NCBI RefSeq assembly: GCF_000734015.1
Contig: NZ_CP008796.1
Coordinates: 1,260,001 to 1,292,000, forward strand
From: Thermodesulfobacterium commune DSM 2178
GTDB lineage: Bacteria; Desulfobacterota; Thermodesulfobacteria; Thermodesulfobacteriales; Thermodesulfobacteriaceae
Length of the DNA stretch: 32,000 nt
Direction of reading: 5' to 3'
In this document: positions 16,973-24,768 of the stretch, one piece after another
Numbering within the stretch: the stretch's first letter is position 1
Layout of the letters: each line of letters opens with the position of its first letter
Translations under genes and position numbers: made by a program
Notes under the pieces: generated by a model
The model's input: only the letters and a program-made list of their open reading frames with translations
Told to the model about the DNA's origin: nothing
The model's database searches: none

Positions 16973-18175
16973 ATGCTTTATATTATATTTTATTTCCAGG
17001 TGCATCAGCCCTTTAGGGTCAAAAATTTTAATGTTTTAAAAACAAAATCAACAGTCGAGTATTTTGACGATAGCCTTAACGCAGCCATATTTAACAAGGT
17101 AGCAGAAAAGTGTTATCTTCCTGCCAACGCCCTTTTTAAAGAGCTGATAGAAAGGTCTGACGGAAGATTTAAGGTTTCTTATAGTCTGACAGGGACGTTT
17201 ATAGAACAAGCTAAAAAATTCCGTCCTGAGGTTTTACATTCCTTTTTAGACCTGGTAAAAACCGGAGGGGTAGAGCTTCTTAACGAAACTTACTATCATT
17301 CTCTTAGCAGTATCTTTGATTTAGACGAATTTATAGAGGAGATAGAAGAACACGCGGAGATCATCAAAAAAGAATTTGGGATGCTACCTACCACCTTTCG
17401 TAATACCGAGTTGATCTATTTTGACAAAATTTCAAACTTACTTTTTGCTACCATGCCTCAGATAAAAACCATCCTTATAGAAGGGGCTGACAAGATTTTA
17501 AAAGGAGAATCTCCTCTTTATCCCAGGGTCTCTGCCAATCATGCCCATCTTTTGCTACTAAAACATTATAAACTTTCAGACGACATTGCCTTTAGGTTTA
17601 GTGATAAAAGTTGGGATGAATATCCCCTTACCCCTAAAAAGTATTTGTCCTGGATAAAAGACTTGATGCTAATAGAAAAAACAGGAAAGAATCTCTATTT
17701 AAACCTTTTTATGGATTATGAAACCTTTGGAGAACATCAATGGGCTGAAACAGGAATTTTTGATTTTATAAAAGAGTTTGTACTTTTAGCTTTAAAGGAA
17801 AAAAATTTACAGTTTCTTTGGCCTTCTGAGGTAAAAACCACCTTAAACTATACTCCTACCCCTATCTCTGTTCCTAACCCAACTTCCTGGGCAGACACCG
17901 AAAGAGACCTTTCTGCCTGGCTTTCTAATCCCCTTCAATGGAATGCCATGAAGACTTGCTATGAGTTAATCAAAAAAGCCAAAGACCAGAAACGGTATGA
18001 TCTCCTCTCTATTCTTAAAAAACTTTCTACCTCAGACCATTTTTACTATATGTGCATCAAATATTTTCAAGATGGAGATGTGCATAAATATTTTTCTCCT
18101 TACTCTTCTCCAGAAGAAATTTATCGGTATTATATGAATATATTAGCAGATATAGAAACCAAGTTAGAGGGATAA
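16973..18175 (+). CDS. Glycoside hydrolase family 57 protein (amylase-like, short form)
   Basis: GH57-like conserved regions are FQVHQPFR, GGVELLNETYYH, FRNTELIY, FMDYETFGEH and TSDHFYYM. The start lies 2 nt after the upstream stop, suggesting translational coupling. Substrate specificity is not inferable. Confidence 0.65.
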   Translation: MLYIIFYFQVHQPFRVKNFNVLKTKSTVEYFDDSLNAAIFNKVAEKCYLPANALFKELIERSDGRFKVSYSLTGTFIEQAKKFRPEVLHSFLDLVKTGGVELLNETYYHSLSSIFDLDEFIEEIEEHAEIIKKEFGMLPTTFRNTELIYFDKISNLLFATMPQIKTILIEGADKILKGESPLYPRVSANHAHLLLLKHYKLSDDIAFRFSDKSWDEYPLTPKKYLSWIKDLMLIEKTGKNLYLNLFMDYETFGEHQWAETGIFDFIKEFVLLALKEKNLQFLWPSEVKTTLNYTPTPISVPNPTSWADTERDLSAWLSNPLQWNAMKTCYELIKKAKDQKRYDLLSILKKLSTSDHFYYMCIKYFQDGDVHKYFSPYSSPEEIYRYYMNILADIETKLEG

Positions 18176-18177
18176 AA

Positions 18178-20742
18178 ATGCCTTTCAAAAAATTTTTTGT
18201 TTATCCTTCTATACCTAAGGAACTTGAGAAACTTTTAAAAATTTCTAAAAATCTCTGGTTTTCCTGGAACTATGACGTGCTTTCTTTTTTTTATAAAATA
18301 GACCGAGACCTTTTTAGACAAGTTGAACATAATCCCTTTAAACTTATCTACTACCTTCCTAACATAAGGTTAAAAGCGTTAGCCAAAGACCAGACCTTTC
18401 TTATGGATTTAGAGGACCTCTGGGAAGCATTTCAAGAATATAAAGAATATGTACATCCAGAAGTCAAAAAACATCGTTTAGAGCCAGAAGACAAAATAGT
18501 TTATTTCTGTACCGAGTTTGGGCTTCATCCTACTTTGCCTTTTTATGCAGGAGGATTAGGGATTTTAGCCGGGGATTTTTTGATGGCTGCTTCAGACTTA
18601 GGGCTTCCGTTGATAGGAATAGGGCTTGCGTATCAACATGGTTACTTAAAACAAACTATAGACTCTAAGGAAAAAACACAGACAGAACATCCAGAAAAAT
18701 TAGACCTGTTTTTAAACTTTTTAGAGGAGGTTAAAAATTCAGATGGAACCCCTATGGCGTTATCGATGAACCTTATGGGAGTAGAGATAAAACTTAGGGT
18801 ATTTAAGTTAGAAGTAGGTAAAGTAGTTGGTTATTTTTTGGATACCACCCATCCTGAGAATCCTGAAGAAATAAAAGAAATACTTAGATATCTCTACCCA
18901 GGGGAAATAGAAAAAAGGATCCAACAAGAGATTATCCTTGGTATCGGAGGATATAAATTACTGAAGGCATTAAATCTCAACCCCAAGATATATCATCTTA
19001 ATGAAGGTCATTCTGCGTTTGTCCTTCTAGCAAGATTAAAGGATTTATTGTTTCAAGGATTTTCCTTAGATGAAGCTATCATGCTTATCAAAGAGACTAC
19101 TGTTTTTACTACCCATACACCGGTTATCGCAGGTAATGAGCATTTTCCTAAGGAGTTGGTTAAAAAATATCTCTGGGAAGAGTTAGAAGAGTTGGTTGAA
19201 CTAACCAAAAACGAAAACATTATTCTGGAATTTTATAAACAGGGCACCCTAAAGGAAAATCCTGAAATTTTCTGGTTACCTGCTTTAGCCATCAACTATT
19301 CCTCTAACGTAAATGCTGTTTCTAAGCTTCATCAAAAAACCACCAAAAAGATGTGGCATCCCCTTTTTCCCGAACTTCCAGAAGAAGAAGTTCCCATAGA
19401 GTATGTAACCAACGGTGTTCATTGGAGATGGCTAAGCGAACCTTTTTATGCACTTTTCAAAAAATATCTTGGAGCAAATTTTATCTATATGTCTCCTGAA
19501 GATTCAACCTGGGAGGAAATACTAAAAATCCCAGACGAAGAAATATGGGAAGCCCATAAAAAAAACAAGTACAGACTTTTAAACCTTATCAAAACCCAGT
19601 TAAAAGAGGAATCTATTAAGTTAAACCTCTCAGAAGAAAAACAAAACTATCAACTTCCTAAAGCCCAAGACCTTATCATAGGTTGTGCTCGAAGGATGAC
19701 CGGTTATAAGAGAAACTCTCTTATTCTGTACCATAAAGAACGAATACTAAAACTACTAACAGAAAAAGATATTGTGCTGGTGTTTGCAGGTAAAGCCCAT
19801 CCTAAAGATGTAGAAGGTAAAAACATAATCCGTGAGATTTTAGAGTTTAGAGAGACTTACCAGCTTTACAACAAAATTATTTTCTTAGAAAACTATAACC
19901 TTCATTTAGCCAGATATCTTATCTGGGGGTCAGACGTTTGGTTAAACACCCCTTTAAGGCCTATGGAGGCTTGCGGAACCTCAGGGATGAAGGCTGCCAT
20001 GAACGGGGTTTTAAACTTAAGCGTTCTTGACGGATGGTGGCCAGAAGGATACAACCAGCTTAACGGTTGGGCTATAATCCCTAAAGAAGGATTACCACCT
20101 TATAATCACTATGAAGCTCATCAAATATACACTCTTTTAGAAAAAGAAATTTATCCTCTCTTTACCGAAAGAGACGAAGACGGGATTCCAAGAGATTGGG
20201 TAAAGATGATGAAACAAAGCATGTACATAGCTTGTAAACAGTTTTCTACCAACCGTATGCTCCTTGAATATATAGATAAGTTTTATTCACCTATCATAGA
20301 AAGACTAAAACATCTTTCTCAAAAAGATTTTTCTCTTCTTAAGGCTTTAGCAGAAGAAAAAAGGATTTTGACCGAAAATTGGGAAAACATAAAGTTTATA
20401 GAGGTAAAAGAAAATTTAGAAAAAACCTTTCTCCAGGAAGGCCAAGAAGTAAGTGTATCTGCCAAAGTCTTTTTAGGTAACCTAAACCCTGACTTAATAG
20501 AAGTACAGTTAGTAATCATAGAGGAAATAGCTTGTGTATGCAACTTAGGGGAAGAAGAAGAGAGAGAAAGATATGTCAGAAGCTTTCCCCTTAAGCTGGT
20601 AGAGTTTAAAGAGGGAGTTGGGGTCTATCAAAAATCCTTCCCTCTTTATGGACCTGGAATTAAAGCTTATAACTTTAGGGTGGTTCCTAAAAACTTTTAT
20701 CTTAAAAGATATTATCCCAACTTGGTTAAGTGGACTTTTTGA
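18178..20742 (+). CDS. glgP: Alpha-glucan phosphorylase (GT35, maltodextrin/glycogen phosphorylase type with DUF3417-like N-terminus)
   Basis: 854 aa with FTTHTPVIAGNE, AHPKD and EACGTSGMKAAMNGVLNLSVLDGWW (PLP-lysine motif). GAGGGA RBS is present. Confidence 0.9.
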   Translation: MPFKKFFVYPSIPKELEKLLKISKNLWFSWNYDVLSFFYKIDRDLFRQVEHNPFKLIYYLPNIRLKALAKDQTFLMDLEDLWEAFQEYKEYVHPEVKKHRLEPEDKIVYFCTEFGLHPTLPFYAGGLGILAGDFLMAASDLGLPLIGIGLAYQHGYLKQTIDSKEKTQTEHPEKLDLFLNFLEEVKNSDGTPMALSMNLMGVEIKLRVFKLEVGKVVGYFLDTTHPENPEEIKEILRYLYPGEIEKRIQQEIILGIGGYKLLKALNLNPKIYHLNEGHSAFVLLARLKDLLFQGFSLDEAIMLIKETTVFTTHTPVIAGNEHFPKELVKKYLWEELEELVELTKNENIILEFYKQGTLKENPEIFWLPALAINYSSNVNAVSKLHQKTTKKMWHPLFPELPEEEVPIEYVTNGVHWRWLSEPFYALFKKYLGANFIYMSPEDSTWEEILKIPDEEIWEAHKKNKYRLLNLIKTQLKEESIKLNLSEEKQNYQLPKAQDLIIGCARRMTGYKRNSLILYHKERILKLLTEKDIVLVFAGKAHPKDVEGKNIIREILEFRETYQLYNKIIFLENYNLHLARYLIWGSDVWLNTPLRPMEACGTSGMKAAMNGVLNLSVLDGWWPEGYNQLNGWAIIPKEGLPPYNHYEAHQIYTLLEKEIYPLFTERDEDGIPRDWVKMMKQSMYIACKQFSTNRMLLEYIDKFYSPIIERLKHLSQKDFSLLKALAEEKRILTENWENIKFIEVKENLEKTFLQEGQEVSVSAKVFLGNLNPDLIEVQLVIIEEIACVCNLGEEEERERYVRSFPLKLVEFKEGVGVYQKSFPLYGPGIKAYNFRVVPKNFYLKRYYPNLVKWTF

Positions 20743-20788
20743 TTTTTATGCTTATAATTTATTTTAAATAGCCTTTTAGGGAGGCTTT

Positions 20789-21409
20789 ATGGAAACCCTA
20801 TTGTATCTCTTGATTCTTTTCGTAGGCGTTTTAGTAGGTATAGCTATTTATATCTTTTTTAAGGTTAATCAAACTTTAGACCGTGTAAACCTAAGGTTAG
20901 AAGAACTATCTCCTGTTTTAAAAAATCTTAAAGAAACCACCGAAAAAACCTCAGAGACCTTAGACATAGCTAAACAAACTATCTCTAACCTAAACGAACT
21001 TATAACCGGGCTTAAGATTGTACCTAATATTATAAAAGAATTAGGAGAAAGTATAAAAGATTTCGAAACCTTTTTGAAAAACCAGACAGAGATAGTTGCA
21101 GATGAAGTAAAAGAAATTTCCAATAAGTTAAAAATTAACTTAGAAATTGCAAAAAGCAATTTAGAAAATATAAAAAATACCACCTATCAGGTAAAAGAGG
21201 TGACAGAAAAGGTTAGCCATAGTTTAAGTCCTATGATAAACTCTCTTGCTGAGTTAAGTGAAACCTCTAAACTTGTTTTAGACCAGATAAACCACCAGAT
21301 TAAAAAGGTCTATGTAGAAGGTAGTTCTCTAATCTATGGAGCTAAGGAACTGATACAACAGTTAAAGAAGATGATACCTTTTCCTAAATTTAAAAATAAA
21401 AACCTTTAG
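20789..21409 (+). CDS. Membrane-anchored coiled-coil protein, DUF948/YtxG-like (function unknown)
   Basis: A single N-terminal TM helix (LLYLLILFVGVLVGIAIYIFF) followed by ~180 aa of heptad-rich Lys/Glu/Asn sequence. GGGAGG RBS is present. Confidence 0.5.
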   Translation: METLLYLLILFVGVLVGIAIYIFFKVNQTLDRVNLRLEELSPVLKNLKETTEKTSETLDIAKQTISNLNELITGLKIVPNIIKELGESIKDFETFLKNQTEIVADEVKEISNKLKINLEIAKSNLENIKNTTYQVKEVTEKVSHSLSPMINSLAELSETSKLVLDQINHQIKKVYVEGSSLIYGAKELIQQLKKMIPFPKFKNKNL

Positions 21410-21449
21410 GTTAATAGTTAAAAAAAATTTCACTAAAAGGAGGTAGATT

Positions 21450-21770
21450 ATGGAAGGAAAAAAAACTACGGTTTTGTTAGCTTTTCTTAGTGGGGTGATA
21501 GTAGGAGGGATTGCAGCCCTTCTTTTGGCACCAGCCAGTGGCTCTGAGGTTAGAAAAAAGATTAAAGAAGAAGTGGACGAAGCCTTAGAGAAAGTTAGAG
21601 CTGAAGCAGAAACTTTAAAAGCTAAAGCAGAAGAAATCACTTCCAAAGCTAAAGAAATCATCGAAACTAAAAAAGAAGAACTTAAAGAAGCTATAGAAAA
21701 AAGTAAAGAAACTTTAAAAGAAAAGAAAGAAGAATTAGCCTCTAAACTCTTAAAAAAAGAGGAGGTTTAA
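21450..21770 (+). CDS. YtxH-like small membrane-anchored protein
   Basis: N-terminus TVLLAFLSGVIVGGIAALLLAPASGSEVRKKIKEE (YtxH signature APxSG), then a charged helix. AAGGAGG RBS is present. Confidence 0.6.
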   Translation: MEGKKTTVLLAFLSGVIVGGIAALLLAPASGSEVRKKIKEEVDEALEKVRAEAETLKAKAEEITSKAKEIIETKKEELKEAIEKSKETLKEKKEELASKLLKKEEV

Positions 21771-21779
21771 AAGACTTTT

Positions 21780-22583
21780 TTACCAATTAAACTTAGACTT
21801 TAAAATTTTTAGATAATTTTTCTCTGGTAAGGTAAGAATTTTAAGAGGTTTTGGGGCTTTTTTAAAACGAAGAGGTTGATCTTCCTGCACTACTAAGTTA
21901 ATCTGTCCGTCGATGAGAAGATGAACTTCTTCGTTCTCCCCTTTTCCTTTTTTGTTTAAGATTACCACGGTTTCAAAGTTATCTGGAATAACAAAGGGAC
22001 GTAGGTTTATTTTAAAAGCACAGATCGGTGTGCAGACAAAAACTTGTGCCTCTGGATGGATAACCGGACCTCCGGCTGAAAGATTATAAGCAGTCGACCC
22101 GGTTGGGGTAGAGATGATCAACCCATCACCAGGGATGGTAGTAAGATGATAGCCCTCAACCTGCAGGCTCAAATATATCACCTTACCCAAAGGACCTTTC
22201 ATGATAGCCCCTTCGTTTAGAGCAACAAAGGTCTCATTCTGATAGGTAATCTCAAGAAGCGTTCTTTTTTGAATTTTAGCCTCTCCTTCTTTGATTAGCC
22301 TTAAAAGATATGGTAATTCTTCTAAAGAAACCTCGGTTAAAAAACCAAAATTTCCCAGATTAACCCCTATCAAAGGAAGGTCGTAAGTATAGGCGAAAGG
22401 GACAGCCCTTAGGAAGGTGCCATCTCCTCCTAGCACCAAAATGGCATCAAAGGTTATAACCTCTTCCTTAGGAAGTTCTGAAATTTTTTCTAAAGGAACC
22501 AAAATAATCTCTTTTGAGTTAATCTTTTCAAAAACTTGCGGGAGGTTTCGCGGGTCTTTTAATAAGTAAAAAAATTTAAGCAT
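21780..22583 (-). CDS. nadK: NAD(+) kinase
   Basis: VLGGDGTFLRA (GGDG motif), NLGNFGFLTE and GDGLIISTPTGSTAYNLSAGGPV. No SD lies upstream. Confidence 0.9.
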   Translation of the reverse strand: MLKFFYLLKDPRNLPQVFEKINSKEIILVPLEKISELPKEEVITFDAILVLGGDGTFLRAVPFAYTYDLPLIGVNLGNFGFLTEVSLEELPYLLRLIKEGEAKIQKRTLLEITYQNETFVALNEGAIMKGPLGKVIYLSLQVEGYHLTTIPGDGLIISTPTGSTAYNLSAGGPVIHPEAQVFVCTPICAFKINLRPFVIPDNFETVVILNKKGKGENEEVHLLIDGQINLVVQEDQPLRFKKAPKPLKILTLPEKNYLKILKSKFNW

Positions 22584-22627
22584 GATATAATTTTATTCTT
22601 GAACCTTGAGAAAAGCAATAACTTTGA

Positions 22628-22647
22628 TTAAGGTTTATAAACCTTAA
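22628..22647. promoter_or_regulatory. Perfect 20-bp palindrome TTAAGGTTTA|TAAACCTTAA (candidate operator)
   Basis: Checked base by base: 10-bp arms with no spacer, in the 185-bp divergent region between nadK and tRNA-Pro. It lies ~10 bp upstream of the candidate nadK -35. Confidence 0.4.
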
Positions 22648-22701
22648 AAAAACGTAAAAACTCTTTAGAAATCTGAACAAACAAAAATTTTCCTTAACCT
22701 C

Positions 22702-22730
22702 TTGACATTTTTTAAAGATTTTTTATTATA
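22702..22730 (+). promoter_or_regulatory. Candidate sigma70-type promoter for tRNA-Pro (TTGACA - 16/17 nt - TATTAT/ATTATA)
   Basis: Consensus TTGACA at 22702-22707 and an AT-rich -10 at 22724-22730, ~35-40 nt upstream of the mature tRNA 5' end. Confidence 0.55.
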
Positions 22731-22768
22731 GAGTTTAAACTTAAATAGGTTATTTTTGTCTTCTTAAT

Positions 22769-22842
22769 CGGGACGTAGCGCAGCTTGGAAGCGCACCCGC
22801 TTGGGGTGTGGGGGGTCGGCGGTTCAAATCCGCCCGTCCCGA
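22769..22842 (+). tRNA. tRNA-Pro (anticodon GGG)
   Basis: Hand-folded cloverleaf. Acceptor stem CGGGACG/CGTCCCG, D stem GCGC/GCGC, anticodon stem CCCGC/GTGGG with loop TTGGGGT (GGG at positions 34-36, G37), T arm GGCGG-TTCAAAT-CCGCC, discriminator A. CCA is not encoded, and a T7 run follows. Confidence 0.9.
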
Positions 22843-22876
22843 TTTTTTTATTGGAATACTAAAAACTAAAAACCGG

Positions 22877-22967
22877 GCACCTTGCCTGGGAGGAGGTGAA
22901 ACATGAGTACAGTCCAAACCGTGTGTCAGTTTGAAAGGTTGAATACCTGCCCTACCCAGCAAGGTGC
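22877..22967 (+). promoter_or_regulatory. Candidate SD-sequestering RNA helix around the speH translation start
   Basis: 22877-22897 (GCACCTTGCCTGGGAGGAGGT, including the SD) pairs with 22945-22967 (ACCTGCCCTACCCAGCAAGGTGC). That gives 20 Watson-Crick pairs in blocks of 8+5+3+4, separated by 1-2 nt bulges. The 47-nt loop holds the ATG at 22903. Confidence 0.45.
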
Positions 22968-23352
22968 ACTTAAACGATGTGTTTGGTCCTATCATATCAT
23001 CGCTGAGTTTTGGGGTTCCCCTTTTGAACTTTTGGCTGAAGCTCCGGTGGTTGAACAAGCTTTAAAAGAAGCCATAGCACCTAACGGTGCGTTAAAAGAG
23101 GTTTCTGCGGTAAGTTATCAGTTTCAGCCCTTTGGGGTTTCTGCTCAGGTTAATTTAGGTTCTTCTCATATCTATATCCATACCTGGCCAGAAAAAGGAT
23201 ACTCTGCCTTAGACATCTTGGCAGAAAATAAAGAAAAAGCTCATAAAATCTTAGCCAATCTTCAACGTAATCTTCGTCCGCAAAACGTCTATATCGCTGA
23301 GTTTGCAAGAGGACTTTCTCAGGATACTTTATCAGAGGGAGGCGAAACTTGA
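22903..23352 (+). CDS. speH: S-adenosylmethionine decarboxylase proenzyme (small prokaryotic SpeH/SpeD class)
   Basis: YHIIAEFWG...FQPFGVSAQVNLGSSHIYIHTWPEKGYSALDI matches the class-1 AdoMetDC core (the SH..HTWPE self-processing region). A very strong SD (GGGAGGAGGTGA) lies 5 nt before the ATG. Confidence 0.8.
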   Translation: MSTVQTVCQFERLNTCPTQQGALKRCVWSYHIIAEFWGSPFELLAEAPVVEQALKEAIAPNGALKEVSAVSYQFQPFGVSAQVNLGSSHIYIHTWPEKGYSALDILAENKEKAHKILANLQRNLRPQNVYIAEFARGLSQDTLSEGGET

Positions 23353-24170
23353 CTGGAAGTTTTTGGTGGCGAGAAAAAATCTTTAAAGATTTTGGACATT
23401 CTTACAAGGTTGAATTAGTCTTTGAAGAAAAAGGGTTACAAGAAATACAAATCTTTAAAAACCCTTCCTGGGGTTATTTTTTTGTTTTAGATGGAATCGT
23501 TCAGTTTACAGAAAAAGACGAGTTTATATATCATGAGACCATAACCTATCTTCCTATCAGTCTTCTCCCTACCCCCCCTGAAGAGGTTGTAATAGTTGGA
23601 GGGGGGGACGGAGGAGTTCTAAGAGAACTTCAAAAAATCCCTACTATAAAAAAGATCATTCAGTTTGAAATAGATACCCTAGTGTTTGATTTATGTCAAA
23701 AATACTTTTTTAAAATTTCTGGAGATTATAACGACCCAAAGGTCAACTTAGTGATTAAAGACGGCTATTTAGGGCTAAAAGAGAGCCCTTCAGAGGGGTT
23801 TGATTTGGTAATAGTTGATTGTACCGACCCGGTAGGACCTGCTAAAACCTTATATACCGTTGAGTTTTATCAAGAAGCTTTAAAGGTGCTTAAACCTTAT
23901 GGGGTATTTATCCAGCAAGCTAGTCTACCGATTTATTTTCCTCATATCATAAAAGAAGCCTATCCTAAAATTTCTCAGGTCTTCCCTTATGTAAAGATAG
24001 TACGCTGCTATGTTCCTTGCTATGGAGAAGAGATCGCCTTTTTCTTGGCTACCAAAGAGCCAAAAGATTGGCTTAATCCTAAACAACTACTTTCTGGTAA
24101 ATATTATCATCCTGGGTTGAATCCTTATTATTTTTCTTTACCTCAGACCTGGTTAGAACTTCTAAAATAA
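23349..24170 (+). CDS. speE: Spermidine synthase-family aminopropyltransferase
   Basis: VVIVGGGDGGVLRELQK, IVDCTDPVGPAKTLYT and an N-terminal beta-hairpin region. The TTG start overlaps the speH stop by 4 nt. The amine acceptor cannot be inferred from sequence alone. Confidence 0.88.
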   Translation: MTGSFWWREKIFKDFGHSYKVELVFEEKGLQEIQIFKNPSWGYFFVLDGIVQFTEKDEFIYHETITYLPISLLPTPPEEVVIVGGGDGGVLRELQKIPTIKKIIQFEIDTLVFDLCQKYFFKISGDYNDPKVNLVIKDGYLGLKESPSEGFDLVIVDCTDPVGPAKTLYTVEFYQEALKVLKPYGVFIQQASLPIYFPHIIKEAYPKISQVFPYVKIVRCYVPCYGEEIAFFLATKEPKDWLNPKQLLSGKYYHPGLNPYYFSLPQTWLELLK

Positions 24171-24183
24171 AGGGCCCTTTAGT

Positions 24184-24768
24184 TTGAAAATCACCGGAGG
24201 CTATTTAAAAGGACAAAAGCTTTTTCTTCCTCCACCTAAAGACTTAAGCATCCGCCCTTTAAGAAGCAGGATCAGGAAATCTCTTTTTGACCTTTTAGGA
24301 CAAGACCTTTCTGAGGCTAAAGTGTTAGACCTGTTTTCAGGGACAGGAGCTCTTGGAATAGAAGCACTTTCAAGGGGGGCGGATCTGGTTTTTTTTGTAG
24401 ACTTTAGCAACTTAAGCCTTTCTCTGATTCATAAAAATTTAGAAAAACTTAAACTTACAGAAAAGGCCTTGGTTTTAAAACTTAAACTACCAGAAGGTCT
24501 ATCTAAGCTTAGCCAAGCCTATCCTCAGGTTAAGTTTGATTTGGTCTTTATCACCCCACCTTATAAAACCGGGCTGAGCCTTAAAACCCTTAAGGCCTTG
24601 CCTACAGAAATTTTAGACCAAGAAGCCATAATAATGGTAGAAGAAGCTACAGGAATACCCCTACCAGAAAAAACCGACCGGTTTGTCTTGATTAAAGTCA
24701 AAACCTACGGAGAAACTACTCTGTATTTTTATCAGCCTGTTATTCCAAACACAGAGGAGGACTCTTAG
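24184..24768 (+). CDS. rsmD: 16S rRNA (guanine966-N2)-methyltransferase RsmD family
   Basis: MKITGGYLKGQKL..P......RPLRSRIRKSLFDLL, SAM motif VLDLFSGTGALGIEALSRGA and FITPPY (a (D/N)PPY variant). TTG start. Confidence 0.8.
   Translation: MKITGGYLKGQKLFLPPPKDLSIRPLRSRIRKSLFDLLGQDLSEAKVLDLFSGTGALGIEALSRGADLVFFVDFSNLSLSLIHKNLEKLKLTEKALVLKLKLPEGLSKLSQAYPQVKFDLVFITPPYKTGLSLKTLKALPTEILDQEAIIMVEEATGIPLPEKTDRFVLIKVKTYGETTLYFYQPVIPNTEEDS

Noticed and set aside
20768-20786. Possible hairpin AGCCT-tttaggg-AGGCT overlapping the RBS of the DUF948 gene
   Set aside because: It has only 5 bp with a mismatched extension. That is unlikely to be stable at the high temperature implied for this organism.
22843-22850. 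T7 run after tRNA-Pro as an intrinsic terminator
   Set aside because: The only preceding helix is the tRNA acceptor/T-arm itself. Termination is possible but cannot be judged from sequence, so it is left as an open point in the speH finding.
22750-23058. 102-aa minus-strand ORF
   Set aside because: It overlaps the tRNA-Pro gene and the speH 5' end in antisense. Its apparent coding potential comes from the GC-rich tRNA and leader helix.
24168-24181. 14-bp perfect palindrome TAAAGGGCCCTTTA between speE and rsmD
   Set aside because: It has no loop, so it cannot form a normal terminator hairpin. It overlaps the speE stop codon, is short and is not followed by a T-run. It could be a binding site, but the evidence is too thin to call.
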